Assembly (NCBI RefSeq): GCF_009914755.1
Contig: NC_060936.1
Reading direction: 5' to 3' (one strand)
Source: the human T2T-CHM13v2.0 reference genome, Homo sapiens
DNA length: 64,000 nucleotides
Below, in pieces: positions 1 through 13,300 of the stretch. Every line of letters begins with the position of its first letter. Positions within the stretch are counted from its first letter, which is position 1. The notes under the pieces were generated by a model, which saw only the letters and a program-made list of their open reading frames with translations, was not told where the DNA came from and ran no database searches. The translations under genes and the position numbers were made by a program.

Positions 1-280
1 AAGCCTCCTGATAACCTCAAATCATAAAAAACCCTACAACAGGTATAAAAATAACAAGAAATTAAGATATACCTCCTGAGAAAACCACCTTCACTAAATA
101 GACAAAGGGAGGAAGAAAGGAAGAGAAGACCACAAAACAACCAGAAAACAAATAACAAAATGGTGGTAGTAAGTCCTTACTTATCAATACCACTGAATGT
201 AAATGGACTGAACTTTCCAATCAAAAGACATAGAGTGGCTGAATGGATGAAAAAGCAAGACCCATTGATCCGCTACAAGA

Positions 281-314
281 AAAACATTTCACCTATAAAA
301 ACATTTCACCTATA
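281..314 (+). repeat. 17-bp perfect tandem duplication (aaaacatttcacctata x2) in L1 ORF2
   Basis: Directly visible at 281-297 and 298-314. Confidence 0.95.
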
Positions 315-3300
315 AAAACTCATCGAGACTGAAAATGAAAAGATATAAAAGATATTTCATGCAAATGAAAGCCAAAAAAAGGGCAGGAGTAGCTGTGCTC
401 ATATGAGACAAAATAAGTTTCAAGATAAAAACTACAAAAAGTGATAAAAGGGTTATTATATAACAATAAAGGTGTCAATTCAGTAAGAGAATATAACAAT
501 TGTAAATATATATGCTCCCAACACTGGAGGATCAGATATGTAAAGCAAATATTATCAGAGCTAAAGAGAGAGACAGATCCCAATACAATAACAGCTGGAG
601 GCATCGATGCCTCACTTTCAACATTGGACAGATCATCCAGACAGAAAAATCAACAAAGAAATATCATAGTTAATCTATACTATAGAACAAATGGACATCA
701 TAGATATGTACAAAACATTTCATCCAATGGCTGCAGAATACACATTCTTCTCCTCAGCACGTGGATCATTCTCAAGTATAGATGATATGTTAGGTCACAA
801 AAGAAGTCTTAAAGAATTAAAAAATATTGAAATCATATCAAGTCTCTTCTCTGACCACAATGGAATGAAACTAGAAATCAATAACAAGAAGAATGTTAGA
901 AACTATACAAACACATGGAAATTAAACAATATGCTTCTGAATGACCAGTGAATTAATAAAGACATTAAAATAAAATTTTCAAAAATTATTGAAACAAATG
1001 AAAATGGAAACACAACATATCAAAATCTATGGGTTATAGTAAAAGCAGTACTAGAGAAAAGTTTCTAGCAATAAGTTCCTACATCAAAAAAGTAGAAAAA
1101 CTTTATATAAACTACTTAATTATGCATTTTAAAGAACTAGAAAAGCTGAAAAGCTAGAACAAAACAAACACAAAATTACTAGAAGAAAGCAATAATAAAG
1201 ATTAGAGCAGAAATATAACAGAAACAGAAAAGAATAATACAAAACGTCAATGAAATGAAAAGTTGGTTTTTTGAAAAGATAAACAAAAATGAAAACTTTT
1301 AGCCAGACTAAGAAAAAAACTAAAAAGGCCTAAATACAATCAGAGGTGAAAAAGGAGATACTACAACTGATACTCCAGAAATTCAAATGATCGTTAGAGA
1401 ATTCTATGAGCAACTCTATGCCAATAAATTGAAAAATCTAGAAGAAATGGATAAATGATTATACATAGACAACCTACCAAGATTGAAGGCTGAAGAAATC
1501 CAAAACCTGAATAGACTAGTAACAAGTAATTAGATCAAAGCCATACTAAAAAGTCTCCCAGAAAAAAAAAAAAAAAAGGCGTGGACCTGATGGCTTCACT
1601 GCTAAATTCTACCAAATATTTGCAGAAGAACTAATACCAATCCTACTCAAACAATTCTGAAAAATAAGGGGACTACCTCTAAACTCATTCTATGAAGCCA
1701 GTATTATGCTGATATCATAAACAAAGACACATCACAAAAAGAAAACTACAGGCCATTATCCCTGATGAACATTGATGCCATTGATACAAAAATCCTCAAC
1801 AAAATAAGAGCAGTCCAAATTCAGCAACACATTAAAAAGGTCATTAATCATGACCAGGTTGGATTTATCCCTGGAATGCAAGGATGGTTTAACATACACA
1901 AATCAATTAATGTGATATATCATATCAACAGAATAAAGGGAAAAAAACATAAAATCACTTCAATAGATGCTGAAAAAGCATTTGATAAAATTCAATATTC
2001 CTTCATAATAAAAACTCTCAAAAAACTGGGGATAGAAGAAACATACTTTAACATAATAAAAGCTATATATGACAGACTCACAGCTAGTATAATACTTAAT
2101 GGGGTAAAACTGAAAACTCTTCAGTTTTGAAGATCTGGAACAAGACAAGGATGTCCTCTTTCACCACTGTTATTCAATATAATACTGGAAGTCCTAGTAG
2201 AGTAATCAGACAACAGAAAGAAATAAAAGGCATTCAAATGGGAAAGGAAGAAGTCAATTTATCCTTGTTTACAGATGATAAAATCTTATATGTGGAAAAA
2301 CCCAAACTAATTCAGTAAAGTGGCAAGATACAAAACCAACATACAATAATCAATAGCATTTCTATATGCCAACAGCAAACAATATGAAAAAGAAATCAAA
2401 TCCCATTTCCAATAGTTATGAATAAAATAAAATACTTAGGAATAGACTTAAAGAAGTGAAAGATATCTAAAATAAAAACTGTAAAACACTGATGCAAGAA
2501 CTTGATTGAAGAGGACACACAAAAAAATGGAAATATATTCCATGTTCAGGGATTGGAAGAATCAATATTGTTACAATAAAATGCTCATACTAACCAAAGC
2601 TATGTGCAGATTCAATGCAATCCCTATCAAATATCAATGACATTCTTTGCAGAAATAGAAAAAAAATTTCCTAAAATTATATGGAACCACAAAAGAACTA
2701 GGCTAGCCAAAGCCATACAGAGCAAAACAAACAAAACTGGAGGAATCACATTACCAGACTTCAAATTATACTACAGAAATATTGTAACAAAAACAGCATG
2801 GTTCTAGCATAAAAACAGGCACATAGACCAATGGAACAGAACAGAGAACCCAGAAATAAATTCACACATGTACAGTGAACTTATTTTTGACAAAAGTGCC
2901 AAGAAAACACATTGGGGAAAGGACAATCTCTTCAATAAATGGTTCTGGGAAAACTGGATATCCTTATGCAGAAGAACAAAACTAGAACCTATCTCTCACC
3001 TTATAAAAAATCACACTACCTGACTTCAAACTATACTACAAGGCTACAGTAACCAAAACAGCATGGTACTGGTACCAAAACAGATATATAGACCAATGGA
3101 ACAGAACAGAAGCCTCAGAAATAACACCACACATCTACAGCCATCTTATCTTTGACAAACCTGACAAAAACAAGAAATGGGGAAGGATTCCCTGTTTAAC
3201 AAATGGTGCTGGGAAAACTGGCTAGGCATATGTAGAAAGCTGAAACTGGATCCCTTCTTTACACCTTATACAAAAATTAATTCAAGATGGATTAAAGACT

Positions 3301-3486
3301 TAAATGATAGACCTAAAACCATAAAAACCCTAGAAGAAAACCTAGGCAATATGATTCAGGACATAGGCATGGGCAAGGACTTCATGACTAAAATACCAAA
3401 AGCAATGGTAACAAAGCCAAAGTAGACAAATGGGATCTAATTAAACTAAAGAGCTTCTGCACGGCAAAAGAAACTACCATCAGATT

Positions 3487-3820
3487 GGCTGGGCATGGTG
3501 GCTCACGCCTGTAATCCCAGCACTTTGGGAGGGCAAGATGGGCAGATCACGAGGTCAAGAGACCGAGACTATTCTGGCTAACACAGTGAACCCCATCTCT
3601 ACTAAAAATAAAAATAAAAATAAAAATAAAAATAAAAATAAAAATAAAAATAAATTAGCCAGGTGTGGTGGTGGGTGCCTGTAGTCCCAGCTACTCAGGA
3701 GGCTGGGGCAGGAATGAACCTGGGAGGCGGAGCTTTCAGTGAGCCAAAATCACGCCACTGCACTCCAGCCTGGGCGACAGAGCAAGACTCCATCTCAAAA
3801 AAAAAACAACGAAACAAAAC
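3487..3820 (+). mobile_element. Alu (AluY/AluSc8-like) with expanded (AAAATA)n middle linker
   Basis: ggctgggcatggtggctcacgcc start; ctggctaacac and ggcggagctt diagnostics; TSD aactaccatcaga on both sides. Confidence 0.93.
3604..3655 (+). repeat. (AAAAAT)n/(AAAATA)n microsatellite in Alu linker
   Basis: Visible tandem array. Confidence 0.9.
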
Positions 3821-5939
3821 AACTACCATCAGAGTGAGCAGGCAACCTACAGAATGGGAGAAAATTTTCACAATCTACCCATCTGACAAAGGGCTAATAT
3901 CCAGAATCTACAAAGAACTCCAACAAATTTACAAGAAAAAAAAGAAACTACCCCATCAAAAAGTGGGCGAAATATGTGAACAGACACTTCTCAAAAGAAA
4001 ACATCTATCCAGCCAACAGACACAAGGAAAAATGCTCATCATCACTGGGTATCAGAGAAATGCAAATCAAAACCACAATGAGATACCATCTCACACCAGT
4101 TAGAATGGCAATCATTAAAAAGTCAGGAAACAACAGATGCTGGAGAGGATGTGGAGAAATAGGAATGCTTTTACACTGTTGGTGGGAGTGTAAATTAGTT
4201 CAACCATTGTGGAAGACAGCGTGGCGATTCCTCAAGGATCTAGAACTAGAAATACCATTTGACCCAGCAATCCCATTACTGGATATATACCCAAAGGATT
4301 ACAAATCATGCTACTATAAAGACACATGCACACATATGTTTACTGCAGTAGTATTCACAATAGTAAAGACTTGGAACCAACCCCAATGTCCATCAATGAT
4401 AGACTGGATTAAGAAAATATGGCACATATACACCATGGAATACTATGCAGCCATAAAAAAGGGTGAGTTCATGTCCTTTGCAGGGACATGGATGAAGCTG
4501 GAAACTATCATTCTGAGCAAACTATCACAAGGACAGAAAACCAAACACCACATGTTCTCACTCATAGGTGGGAATTGAACAACGAGAACACCTGGACACA
4601 GGGTGGGGAACATCACACACTGGGGCCTGTCGGGGGGTGGGGGCTGGGGAAGGGATAGCATTAGGAGAAATACCTAATATAAATTACAAGTTGATGGGTG
4701 CAGCAAACCAGCATGGCACACGTATACCTATGTAGCAAACCTGCTCGTTGTGCACATGTACCCTAGAACTTAAAGCATAATAAAAAATAAAATAAAATAA
4801 ATCAAATCAAAATGGATTAAAGACTTAAATCTAAGATTTCAAGCTATGAAACTACTAAAAGAAAATGGGGAAACTCTCCAGGACATTGGACTGGGTAAAA
4901 GTTTCTTGAGTAATATCCCATGTGCACAGGCAAGCAAAGTGAAAATGGACAAATGGGATCACATCAAGTTAAAAAGCTTCTGCAAAGCAATGGAAACAAT
5001 TACCAAAGTGAAGAGGCATCCTACAGAATGGAATACAATATTTGCAAACTATTCATCTGACAAGGAATTAATAACCAAAATATATAAGGAGCTCAAACGA
5101 CTCTATAGGATAAAAACCTAATACTCTGATTTAAAAATGGGCAAAATATCTGAATGGACATTTATCAAAAGAAGACATACAAACAGCAAGCGAGTATGTG
5201 AAAAGATACTCAACAACACTGATCATCAGAGAAATGCAGATCAAAACTACAATGAGATAGCATCTCACCCCAGTTTAAATGATGTTTATCCAAAAATACG
5301 AGTAATAATGAATGCCAGCAAGGATGTGGAGAAAAGGGAACCCTCGTAAACTGTTTGCTGGAATGCAAATTTGTACAGGACTATGGAGAAAAATATGTAG
5401 GTTACTAAAAAACTACAAATAGAACCACCATATGTTCCAGCAATCCCAGTGCTAGTTATATACCCAAATGAAATGAAATAGGTATATAAGACAGATATCT
5501 GCACTCCTACATTTATTGCAGCACTGTTTACAATGGCCAAAATTTGGAAGCAACCTTTTGTCCATCAACAGATAAATGGATAAAGAAAATGTGGTATATA
5601 CACATAATGTAGTACTATTCAGCCATAAAAAAGAATGTGATCCTGTCATTTGCAACAACATGGATGGAACTGGAGGACATCATGTTAAGTGAAATAAGCC
5701 AGGTACAGAAAGATTAACTTCACATGTTCTCACTTATTTGTGGGAGCTAAAATTTAGAACAATTGAATCCACGGAGACAGAGAATAGAATGATGGTTACC
5801 AGAGGCTGGGAAGAGTAGTGGGGGCAGGAGGAGAAATGGGGATGGTTAGCGGATACAAAAATACAGTTATAAACAATAATTAACATTTAGTAATTGATAA
5901 CATAACAGGGTGACTACAGTCAACAATAAATTATTGCAC

Positions 5940-6198
<259 letters not shown>

Positions 6199-6384
6199 AA
6201 TTATTGCACATTTTAAAATAACTAAAAGAATATAATTGGAAGGTTTGTAACACAAAGAAATAATAAATGCTTGAGGGGATAGATAGCCCATTTACCCTGA
6301 TAATTACACATTGTATGCCTGGATCAAAGTATCTCATCTACCCCATAAATACATACATGCACTACGTACCCATAAAAAAATTGG

Positions 6385-7660
6385 CTGAGTCATGTGGTAG
6401 GTAGATGTTTAACATTTAAAAATACAGCCAAACCATTTTCCAAAGTGATTATACCATTTTATATTCCTACCAGCAATGTATGAGAGTTCCAGTTACTCCA
6501 CATGTTCACTAACACTTGGTATGATCAGCTGTTAATTTTAAATTTTGTAACAGGTAAATATTAGCCCAATGGCTAATGATAGGAAGTATTTTTTTTCACA
6601 TGCTGATTTGTCATCTGAATATCTGCATATCTTCTATGGATAGGTGTCCATTAAATCTTTTGCTCATTTAAAAAAATTGTCATTTGTTTCCTTATTACTG
6701 GATTTGACAGTTCTTCACATTTTCCATATTAACTCCTTTATAAGATATGATAATTGGAAACATATTCTCCCAGTCAGTGGTTTGTCATCACTGTCTTTGC
6801 AATGTTTTTCAGAAAGCTGAAGTTCTTAATTTTGATTAAGTTCAATATATCAAATTTTTCTTTTATGGATTATACTTTCAGTGTCATTCTTTTAAAGTTT
6901 TATTTTAAGTCCAGGGGTACATGTTCAGGTTTGTTATATAGGTATACTTGCGTCATGGGGGTTTGTTGTACAGATTACTTCACACCCAGGTGTTAAGCCT
7001 GGTACACATTAGTTATTTTTCCTGATCCTCTTCCTCCTCCCACCCTCCACCCTCCAAAAGGCCCCAGTGTGTACTGTTCCCCTCTATGAGTCGTGTATTC
7101 TCATAATTTAGCTCCCACTTATAAGTGAGTACATGTGGTATTCAGTTTTCTGTTCCTGTGTTAGTTTGCTAAGGTGTCATTTTTAAGAAATCTTTGCCTA
7201 ACCCAAAGTCACAAAGTGTTTCTCTTATGTTTTCTGCTAGCAATTTTAGAGTTTTCGGCTTTATATTTATCTTTGCAAAATATTTAATTTTTAATATGGT
7301 ATAAGGTATAGATGAGTGCTTTTATCCTTTTTTTTGAAAACCATATCCAATTTTTCCAGAAAATTTGTGGAAAAGACTTTCCTTTATTCATTGAGTCAAA
7401 CCTTTGTTAAAAATCAATTAACCATATAAATGTGGATCTGTTTCTGGACTCTGTATTTTGTTTCATTGATCTATTTATTTTTACATTGATACCACATGGT
7501 CTTAAATATCATGACTTTATACTATATCTTGAAGTCAGTTGGTGTGTCTTACAGCTTTAATTTTCTTCAAAGTTGTTTTTAAATTATTCTGCATTTCCAT
7601 ATGAATGTGAGGATCAGTTTGCTAATTTCTACAAAAGCCTGCTGGGATTTTGATTGGGTT
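6385..7660 (-). mobile_element. Ancient L1M (L1MC/L1ME-type) ORF2 3' fragment
   Basis: Degenerate antisense L1 motifs (cattcctaccagcaatgtatgagagttccag; catatgaatgtgaggatcagtttgctaatttctaca). Confidence 0.75.
6890..7173 (-). mobile_element. Short L1PA13-16-like 3' end inserted in the ancient L1
   Basis: ggggtacatgttcaggtttgttatataggt...cctcctcccaccctccaccctcc; flanked by gtgtcatt...ttttaa repeats (6881 / 7174). Confidence 0.8.
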
Positions 7661-7759
7661 GGCATCTTTTCTGGTCTTTTAAAATTAAAAGCTTATCATC
7701 ACTTTAAGACTTTTGTATTTTGTTCATTGGTTCATTTATCTTCGTTTCTCTTTACAGGG

Positions 7760-8080
7760 ATCTTTCGATGGCTGGCTCCTTTGTATCATTCGTATTTCAG
7801 CTCAAAAGTAACATCCTCAGAGATATCTTTCCTTGATTACCCAATTTAAATTTATATCCCTCATCTCTTTATATCAAAGCATTGTTTTGTTGACTTAACA
7901 GCATTAATTATCATCAGAAATTAATCTTGCCTATTTGTTTATTTTGTTGCTTATTATCTGTCTAGCCAACTAGAATGTGAGAAAAGAGTAGAGACCTTGC
8001 TTGTCTTATTCAGTTTGTATCCCTGAAGCCAAAAAGTGCCTTTGATAAGCGGATACTAAATATTTGTCGAATGATTGACT
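7760..8080 (+). mobile_element. L2 3' end remnant
   Basis: ctagaatgtga...gaccttgcttgtcttattc...aaatatttgtcgaatgattga. Confidence 0.7.
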
Positions 8081-8740
8081 ATTTGACAAATGTGCATTTA
8101 AGTAAAGATTCAACTAGTATGAAAATATATAATATTAACTAGAATATGTTAACTTATTTATGAAATGATAGTTCTCTGGGAAGACTGTGGGAACTTGACT
8201 GTGACTTAAAGCTGTAGTTCTCTTGAAGATTATGAATTGCGTTGGGCTAGATTATGGCATTTCAGAAACATAGATTTTTGGTTTTTAAACTAAACATCTC
8301 AATTTAGCTCATTAGCTTTGTTAGCAGAATTTAAATAGGTCTCACATTAGAGTTATTCCTGATTACTTTAGGAATGTGAATATCTAGAACAAATAAAATC
8401 TTTCCCCAAACATTACACAGATAAAAGGCAGAAAGTTTCAGGTCCATGAGAAATTATAGGTATTTCCTAAATAATATTTAATTAAAAATAAATACTAGTC
8501 ATAATTTTGACAGACAGAGGCAGCAATTAAAACATACTTCATTTTTGTCCTTGATTGCTTAAAGTAGCAAACAATGAAATCAATTTCTTGAGCCCTATCC
8601 ATGTTGCAAAGGTATAAATAAGATTTTATCCTTAATGAGATCATACAACACAGATACAAAACCTAAGGCTGTTTCAAAATGTTTTGTAGTAGCATAAACA
8701 TAGAATTTTATTTGCTGAGCTATTTCTCTCACTGAGAACC

Positions 8741-8860
8741 TTCATTCATTGAACCCACCAAACTTGTGTTGAGCACCAGCTACATGTTAGGAACTGTGCT
8801 AGGCAATGGAGATAAGAAATGAATAAAACAGAGTCTCAATCCTTCAAGAAGTCACAGATT
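8741..8860 (-). mobile_element. L2 3' end remnant
   Basis: ttcattcatt...gagcaccagctacatgttaggaactgtgctaggc. Confidence 0.65.
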
Positions 8861-9464
8861 TTACAATTTCAATTGCTTGAAGGAAAAGTCACAACTGAAG
8901 AGACTGGAAATTGTGGAAATGGTCAGCTTTTTTTCCCTGATTTTGTTCTACCGTGGTCCTTACGTGGCCTTCATTCAATACCTAGGCTTCATGGTGGGCT
9001 TAGCTTTCCCCTTCCAAGTGACTCACAGGCAACTCCAGATCTAGTGTTCTATTATTAGCCTTCTCAAACCTGATTATTCTAAGAAGCACTTCCCACTGGC
9101 AACATGGTAATCATGTTTAAATATAACTCTTCATGATCAATCTAAATCTCCAGATTTTTAACCAAGTTTCCCTGTGGCTTAGATACCTTTTTTTTTTGCT
9201 TTGTTTTTAATTAATCCACGTTTTTATAATCCTATGTGACATTAACATGTAAGGGGTGTGTGTGTCTGTACGTGTGGCCTTCTGCACTAAGGCATTAGAC
9301 AGAAACAATTTGAATGAAGACCACTGGCTCTTCTAGTCAAACTTCCTCTTTCTGTATACTCTGCCTGTATCTGTCATCTGTCTATACCTGTCAGATGTCT
9401 GTACATGTCAGGAATAAAGCTAACGGGATGTATAACAACTAATAATTCATGGTTTGAATAACTA

Positions 9465-10050
9465 TAGTAGCTTTCATTTATTGAATGTTTCCTACGTACC
9501 AATGATATGGTCTGGCTGTGTCCCCACCCAAATCTCACGTTGAATTGTAATAATCCCCACGTGTCAAGGGCAGGGCCATGTGTAGATAATTGAATCATGG
9601 GGGTGGTTTCCCCCATACTGTTCTCATAGTAGTGAACAAGTCTCATGAGATCTGATGGTTTTATAAATGGGAGTTCCCCAACACATGTCCTCTTGTCTGC
9701 CACCATGTAAGATGTATCTTGCTTCCCCTTTGCCTTCTGCCATGATTGTGAGGCCTCCCTAGCCATTTGGAACTGTGAGTCCATTAAACCTCTTTCATTT
9801 ATAAATTACCCAGTCTTGGGTATGTCTTTATTAGCAGTGTGAGAACAGACTAATACAACCAGGAACCAGGAAATATGCATGTCCTTACTTTATTTTTGTA
9901 TCAATCCTATGAGGTAGGGACTTTTATTTTCTTCATTTTATCAATAAAGCTCAGGTAGGGTAATTTGGCCTAGATTACATCAGTAAGTGAAGAGAACAAG
10001 GTTTCAGCTTAATCCTGTCAATCTGGCCATAGCCTATATACTTAGGCTAT
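9465..10050 (-). mobile_element. MIR interrupted by THE1
   Basis: catttattgaatgtttcctacgtacca...cctatgaggtaggg...cattttatcaataaagctcagg. Confidence 0.65.
9503..9857 (+). mobile_element. THE1 (MaLR) solo LTR, THE1C-like
   Basis: tgatatggtctggctgtgtccccacccaaatctc...gactaataca; 5-bp TSD accaa/accag. Confidence 0.92.
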
Positions 10051-10343
10051 ACAAATATTAAAGTATACTATTAAGTTACAAAATATTAATATTAAAAACT
10101 AAGAATGGTTTCTATATCCTCTACAACCCAATTTTCCAATCTTTCAGTAACCAGGGCAATGAGACTGAAATTGTTCATTTTCTGTTTTTATAGACATTTC
10201 TGTTTTTTAAAACAAGTTGTTAGCATAAAATTTCGGTCTCTGTGAATCTGGAAACACAAGGCTATAGCTGACCTGTCAGTTATTATATTATTTGTTTTTG
10301 CAATTTTGGCCACAGGCCATTTATCCTATTTCATGTTTGTTGC

Positions 10344-10642
<299 letters not shown>

Positions 10643-12154
10643 TTGTAGCTTCTGAAGAGCAGGAAGGAGAGCTTGTGAGTTAATATGAAACATTAAGATG
10701 TCAATATCATGAAATAAAGGCATACTTTTCATAGCAAACCTTTCCATAAATTACTTTTACGCTTTTTCTTTCTTTATTCCTCTTGAACTGTAATAAAAAT
10801 GAAAACTATAACAAATATAATCACTTTTAAATGTTTCTTAGTCCTAAGCTTCTATCCTGTTGCTTTCCAGTAATGTGTTTGTGGTTGCTGTTGTAACTAT
10901 AACACCTTAACTTTCAATGATCTAATTTTCACAGTAAACAGTTACCCTATTTTCCAAAGATCACACTCTGACAATAGAAGTTAGGACATATCTATATGCA
11001 TACCCATATTTGGGAAATAGATTAGTCAACTAACACAGTTTTCCAAATAAGTAATTTTTTAAAAATCCCTTTTTTTCCATTTTGTTAAGCCTTTTGTATT
11101 TTCTTTTTGATATTAGGTATTGACATGACCCTGCCTGCACAGTTCCAGTGATAAACACTTGCTTTAATGATTTATTGCCTTTCCTGGAAAGGAACAATGA
11201 ATGATCTGAACTTATTGCTGTTCCTATGCTTGGTGGGCAAATCACATTGAGTTTGCCTTCATGGTCAATACAGATGGCTGTAATCAAATCAATTTTGGGA
11301 CAAGCCACATTGAATGCTAAAAGCCTGATTTGAATAGCACAGCCTAAAGATGATGGAACCTATGCCACTGCCAGCTGATTACTATGCTTTAGAAAAATAA
11401 AAATGTTTTAATTAATTACGGGGATGACAAAAATCTGTATTAAAAGGAGTAAAATTGGAAATCTAATCAAGGGTATTAAAATCCCCAACGAATTAGGCCT
11501 GAAGGAAGGATATCTAAAAGATGTACCAATGAGTTCATACAGACCTACAGATACATCTAATGAATGGTTGCTAAATAGGACAAATATAGCTCATTATCAT
11601 TTTAGAAGGATGTAATTATAGATAATTACAGGTAAACTATCATCCCAATGCTACATGTGATGTAGATGACATGTTATGCTGGGCTTTTTGTTTTCTCTCA
11701 CAACACTTATTGAATATCCACTAAGTTTAGAACATCACAGAAGTTCAGATTTGTAAATAAGAAAAAAAAAACAACACAGAAAACATAGACCAAAGCCCAT
11801 TATAATAAACTCCATGGAGCATCTACATTTTTGCTTGCAGTACAATTTTGTTTACATATTTACAAATCACTTTCCTATCAACAGGGAACTAGAGACTAAT
11901 AAAAGGGCTCATGCCCAACTGTTCTGGAGAATTTAAGCAAGTAAAATGTTGTGTTCAAAATGCAGTAGGGGTAAGAGGTGGATAAAATGCATATAACTTC
12001 ACTTTTGCTTATTCTTTCTATGGTTCAGCCTTGATCTGGTTTGGTGCACAAATGTGAAGGTTTAGAGGCATACTTTGGCTGTGCAGTTTAGGTAGTATTT
12101 TGATGCACATGTAAAGGCTAGAAAAAAATTTAAAAGTGCTATTTGGTGACTAGA

Positions 12155-12643
12155 TGTATTCGGTTTCAGAACTAATAGGCTATATAGAGATATAAAAGAG
12201 GATATTTATTATGGGAATTGGCTCACATGATTATGGAGGCTGAGAAGTCCCATGAGGTGCCACCAGCAAGCTGGAGAACCAGGAAAGCTGGTGTGTACTT
12301 CAGCCTGAGTCCGAATCTCTGAGAACCGGGGAGCCAATGGTGTAAGTCCGAGAGTCCAAAGGCCCAAGAACCAGGAGCTCTGATGTCCAAGGGCAGGAGA
12401 AGATGGATGTCCCAGCTCAAGAAGAGAGCAAATTAGCCCTTCCTTCACCTTTTCATTCTATCTGGGCTCTCAACAGATTAAGTGATGCCCATCCACACTG
12501 GTGAGGGCAGATTGTCTTTACTCAGTGTACTGATTCAAATGTTAATCTCTTCCAAAAGGACCCACATAGACATACACAGAAATGTTTACCAGCTCTCTGG
12601 GATCTCTTGGCCCTGTCGAGTTGACATAAAATTAACCATTACA
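12155..12643 (-). mobile_element. MLT2 (ERVL) solo LTR, MLT2B-like
   Basis: Ends gttgacataaaattaaccattaca (reverse complement of the MLT2 start); TSD ctaga/ccaga. Confidence 0.88.
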
Positions 12644-12834
12644 CCAGAGGAAAAAAGAAAAAAACTTTGACAAACTAAGTTATCTTTTTAATACATGGGT
12701 AGAATTACCACTCACACAGTAAAGAAACAAAGAGCTGTTGAACAGATATTATGTATTATAATGCATTTAGTGGACCATTTTAGAATATAGAAATGGAGTA
12801 AAGGGAAAAATCTGTGATCAAAAGAATTTTACCA

Positions 12835-13300
12835 CTCATTCATTCATTCAAAATACATTTATGTATTAAATGTACATAATAGATTTACTCATTCACTGGT
12901 TCATTCAAAAACATTCAGTATATGCTATGAACCAGGCACTGAGTGAGCCAATAGACTTGGTTTCCCAAAGTCAGAAAAAGATGAACTCTTAGGAAAAAAT
13001 ACACAAAAATGAAAAACATAACCATAAAATCATCAGGAAATAGCAAAATTTATAAACATAATTACAGCTATTAAATAATACTTGTATAAAAAAGTACACA
13101 GTGTTATATAAAAAAAGGCATAAAGCAACGGTAAGGCATTGGAGAGATTGGGGTCAAATGAGGTTAGTCTTTGAAAAGGTCAACCAGGAGACTGCATTTA
13201 AAAGCGGGAAAAGGATATAATTTGTTCAAGTGAAGTGGGAATGGTGTATCAGGAAGGCCAAGCAATTCTAGGTGGGAGAAGTGTGTACAGTAGAAGGTTT
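12835..13300 (-). mobile_element. L2 remnants
   Basis: cattcattcattcaaa; tgctatgaaccaggcactg. Confidence 0.5.

Larger units (their letters stand above)
3011..4800 (+). mobile_element. 5'-truncated L1PA (L1PA6-like) inserted in the L1MA
   Basis: ORF2 C-terminus (3976-4578, ...[13 protein letters not shown]...HMFSLIGGN). 3' UTR ggagaaatacctaat...gttgatgggtgcagcaaacc. A-rich tail at 4778-4800. Short TSD aaatca (3008-3013 / 4799-4804). Confidence 0.9.
160..5750 (+). pseudogene. Disrupted L1 ORF2p (EN/RT/C-terminal) of the L1MA element
   Basis: Collinear short ORF fragments matching ORF2p with many stops and frameshifts; terminal gggagctaa at 5742-5750. Confidence 0.85.

Noticed and set aside
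3976-4578. 200-aa ORF as a host gene
   Set aside because: It is the L1 ORF2p C-terminus of a 5'-truncated copy with no promoter.
11030-11308. 92-aa minus-strand ORF in unique DNA
   Set aside because: Non-ATG start, no recognisable family and no convincing splice context; this length is expected by chance.
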